64,000 bases of DNA from an uncultured Candidatus Saccharibacteria bacterium (GTDB taxonomy: Bacteria > Patescibacteriota > Saccharimonadia > Saccharimonadales > AWTP1-31). Each line of letters starts with the position of its first letter. Position 1 is the first letter of the stretch. The position numbers and the translations under genes were made by a program. Below are positions 61,357 through 64,000 of the stretch, piece by piece. The notes beneath the pieces are model-generated. The model saw nothing but the letters and a program-made list of their open reading frames with translations, was not told where the DNA came from and did no database searches. The stretch spans positions 9,844 to 73,843 of the forward strand of contig CAZWJA010000002.1 of the NCBI GenBank assembly GCA_964634445.1. The letters are read 5' to 3'.

Positions 61357-62219
61357 TAGTTATCTAATATGTTATTTAAATATTTTCCGTAGCCGCTCTT
61401 AATAAGTGGTTCGGCTAGGGCTTTAAGCTGATCGCCACTAATAAAGCCTTCTCGAAATGCTGTTTCTTCAGGTGAACCGATTTTCATGCCAGTTCTTTTT
61501 TCTATTACATGTATATATTCGCTGGCATCATTCATAGATTCAAACGTTCCAGTATCTAGCCAGGCCGATCCCCGGTCCATTATTTGCACTTTAAGTTTTC
61601 CCATATTAAGGTACTCTTCGTTTACTGTAGTAATCTCTAATTCGCCACGTTCACTTGGTTTAATATTTTTAGCTATTTCTACTACAGTATTATCATAAAA
61701 ATAAAGTCCAACTACAGCAAAATTAGACTTCGGTTCATCAGGTTTTTCTTCTATAGATAAAGCTTTTAAGTTTTCATCAAACTCTACTACGCCATACCTT
61801 TTTGGATCCGATACAGGATAGGCAAAAACAACACCGCCATCAGGATTGGTGCATTCCTTCAGGCTTTCGCCGAAACCATGACCGTAAAATATATTGTCAC
61901 CTAGAATCAAAGCTACTTTTTCATTTCCAATAAATTTCTCACCGATAACAAATGCCTGAGCCAAACCTTCCGGAGAAGGCTGAATAGCGTATTCTATTGA
62001 GATACCCCAATCTCTACCATCTCCCAACAATCTCTTGAATTGGTCTTGGTCAATTGGAGTCGTGATAATCAGTATCTCTTTGATACCTGCCATCATCAAG
62101 GTACTGAGGGGATAGTAAATCATGGGCTTGTCATATATTGGAACAAGCTGTTTAGAAATCCCCTTTGTTATCGGGTAGAGCCTTGTTCCTGAGCCGCCGG
62201 CTAATATAATACCTTTCAT
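61356..62219 (-). CDS. rmlA: Glucose-1-phosphate thymidylyltransferase
   Basis: [18 protein letters not shown] and LGDNIFYG motifs. 287 aa. Confidence 0.95.
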   Translation of the reverse strand: MKGIILAGGSGTRLYPITKGISKQLVPIYDKPMIYYPLSTLMMAGIKEILIITTPIDQDQFKRLLGDGRDWGISIEYAIQPSPEGLAQAFVIGEKFIGNEKVALILGDNIFYGHGFGESLKECTNPDGGVVFAYPVSDPKRYGVVEFDENLKALSIEEKPDEPKSNFAVVGLYFYDNTVVEIAKNIKPSERGELEITTVNEEYLNMGKLKVQIMDRGSAWLDTGTFESMNDASEYIHVIEKRTGMKIGSPEETAFREGFISGDQLKALAEPLIKSGYGKYLNNILDN

Positions 62220-63073
62220 ACTGTCTGCACCTTTTCTATATATTTTGCTAAGTCGTCTTTCCAGTCTGCGGGTTTAAATCCTGAAGCTTGAATTTTGGTA
62301 AGATCCAGCGTGCTTTGCAGCGGTCTGGGGGCGGCTTCCGGCTTGTCTTTAAAATAATCCTCAGTTGTTTGGTCAGTTACAGTTAGTTCTTTGTACCCAG
62401 CAATTTCAAAAATACTGCGGGTTATGTCTGCCCAGCTAACGGATTCTCCAGAATTACTGATATTGTATGTGCCAAACTCTGATTTATTAGTTAAGAGATG
62501 ATCAATTGCTCTGACTAGCTCGCTGGTAAAAGTTAGTCGGCCAATTTGATCTGAAACTACAGTCGGACTTACACCTTTCTTACCCAGATCTAGCATGGTA
62601 CGGACGAAGTTCTTACCCTCTCCAATTACCCAGCTGGTTCTTAGAATATAATGCTTAGCAGTTGTGCCTATAACTATATCTCCAGCGGCTTTGCTTGCAC
62701 CATAAACTGATATTGGTGAGAAAAGTTCGGATTCTGTATGAGGATTCTTAGTGCCGTCGAAAACGTAGTCTGTTGAAATGTGGACAAGCGTAATATCGTG
62801 TTTTTGAGCTACTTCGCACAAATATGAAACTGCTACAGAATTTACATTCCATGCAGCAACTCTACCTTCGCTTGATTCGGCTCCGTCTACATTGGTAAAA
62901 GCCGCAGCGTTCAAGATAAAGTCAATATTTGTCCAATCAAATTTTAGAACACTTTGTTTATCGGTTATATCCATTTCGTCGATATCTACTGACCTGGCTT
63001 TAGGATACTGGGCTTGAAGTGCTAGGCCAAGCTGACCTTTTGCACCAACGATAAAAATTCTTGAATCATCCAT
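62216..63073 (-). CDS. rmlD: dTDP-4-dehydrorhamnose reductase
   Basis: [19 protein letters not shown] and YGASKAAG motifs. 4-nt overlap with rmlA. Confidence 0.9.
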   Translation of the reverse strand: MDDSRIFIVGAKGQLGLALQAQYPKARSVDIDEMDITDKQSVLKFDWTNIDFILNAAAFTNVDGAESSEGRVAAWNVNSVAVSYLCEVAQKHDITLVHISTDYVFDGTKNPHTESELFSPISVYGASKAAGDIVIGTTAKHYILRTSWVIGEGKNFVRTMLDLGKKGVSPTVVSDQIGRLTFTSELVRAIDHLLTNKSEFGTYNISNSGESVSWADITRSIFEIAGYKELTVTDQTTEDYFKDKPEAAPRPLQSTLDLTKIQASGFKPADWKDDLAKYIEKVQTV

Positions 63074-63622
63074 TTAAAACCTCTTTCAGATTAGGATTAT
63101 TACGGTCTTTTTCTGAAATTATCATTCCTTGTTCTTCTTTGATTGGCCAATCAATATTTAAGTCAGGATCGAGCGGGTTACAAGCCAGACCTGGCATTCC
63201 TGGTATCCATTCTTTTTCAAAATAGTATAAATAAACAGATGGCTCCTGGCTGGTAGATTGGAACGAATTACCAAGTCCGCTGCTGACGAACAAGCCCTTG
63301 CCTCGGGTTAGTTTAAATCCTTGCCATTTGCCAGCCGTAGCAGAATCCTTACGTAAATCTACGATTACTGCGTAGACTTCGCCACCAGCAATAGAAACTA
63401 GCTTGTGAGCAAATTCAGCATGCACACCTCTTAATGCACCTTTTACTGTTAGCGGGGCGTTAACTTGTGGACGATCTCCAAGTGTAGGCAAGCCTGCAGC
63501 TTTAAAATCTGACTGACGGTAGAATTCCATTACTGATCCCCGGTCGTCTTCGAAAACTTTATAATCAACTGTCCAAAGACCTTCTATATCGGTCTTGTTT
63601 ATAATAAATTCCGTTTGATTCA

Positions 63623-63623
<1 letters not shown>
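63066..63623 (-). CDS. rmlC: dTDP-4-dehydrorhamnose 3,5-epimerase
   Basis: Cupin fold with FEDDRGSVMEFY, LRGVHAE and NSFQS motifs. Sits between rmlB and rmlD. Confidence 0.85.

Positions 63624-64000
<377 letters not shown>

Overview
Origin-proximal chromosomal segment of a small-genome bacterium using the standard genetic code (TGA, TAA and TAG all end well-supported genes). By inference, the gene content looks like Patescibacteria/CPR, most like Saccharibacteria. No HMM, BLAST or structure tools were available, so all family calls rest on motifs read from the translations.

Layout:
(i) 0.1-13.6 kb: small accessory and housekeeping genes. These include an XRE-HAD fusion, an ArsR regulator, a Gly-zipper protein plus EEP hydrolase pair, an atypical HIT protein, two complete type II toxin-antitoxin pairs, NUDIX, an ackA-xfp (phosphoketolase) operon, VOC, comFC, hsp20 and four tRNAs (Ser-CGA, Arg-GCG, Ser-GCU, Ser-UGA).
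(ii) 13.6-30.6 kb: the main item, a type IV secretion-like locus. Six tandem TrbC/VirB2-like pilin paralogues on the minus strand diverge from a tight eight-gene plus-strand operon. That operon holds a VirB6/TrbL-like polytopic protein, a Lys/Arg-rich protein, a PrgI/VirB3-like protein, a VirB4-N-domain-like protein, a VirB4 ATPase, two multi-domain peptidoglycan hydrolases and an anchored unknown. No coupling ATPase, VirB11, relaxase or integrase is visible in the window.
(iii) 30.6-37.2 kb: the replication origin region, recF-dnaN-[DnaA boxes + DnaA-trio-like element + AT-rich tract]-dnaA, diverging from rpmH-rnpA-yidC-jag. An orphan Phd/YefM-like gene is wedged between rpmH and rnpA.
(iv) 37.2-64 kb: a visibly more AT-rich cell-envelope glycan locus. 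It contains GT4/GT2 transferases, a Wzy_C-like protein, a Wzm/Wzt ABC exporter with an adjacent coiled-coil methyltransferase, and a large repeat-containing secreted protein. It also has four consecutive polytopic GT-C-like proteins, an FAD oxidoreductase, a methyltransferase interrupted by one in-frame TAA, sugar-nucleotide enzymes, a GtrA/GtrB-like pair and rmlACDB (rmlB is cut by the window edge).

No rRNA, CRISPR array, transposase or integrase was seen.
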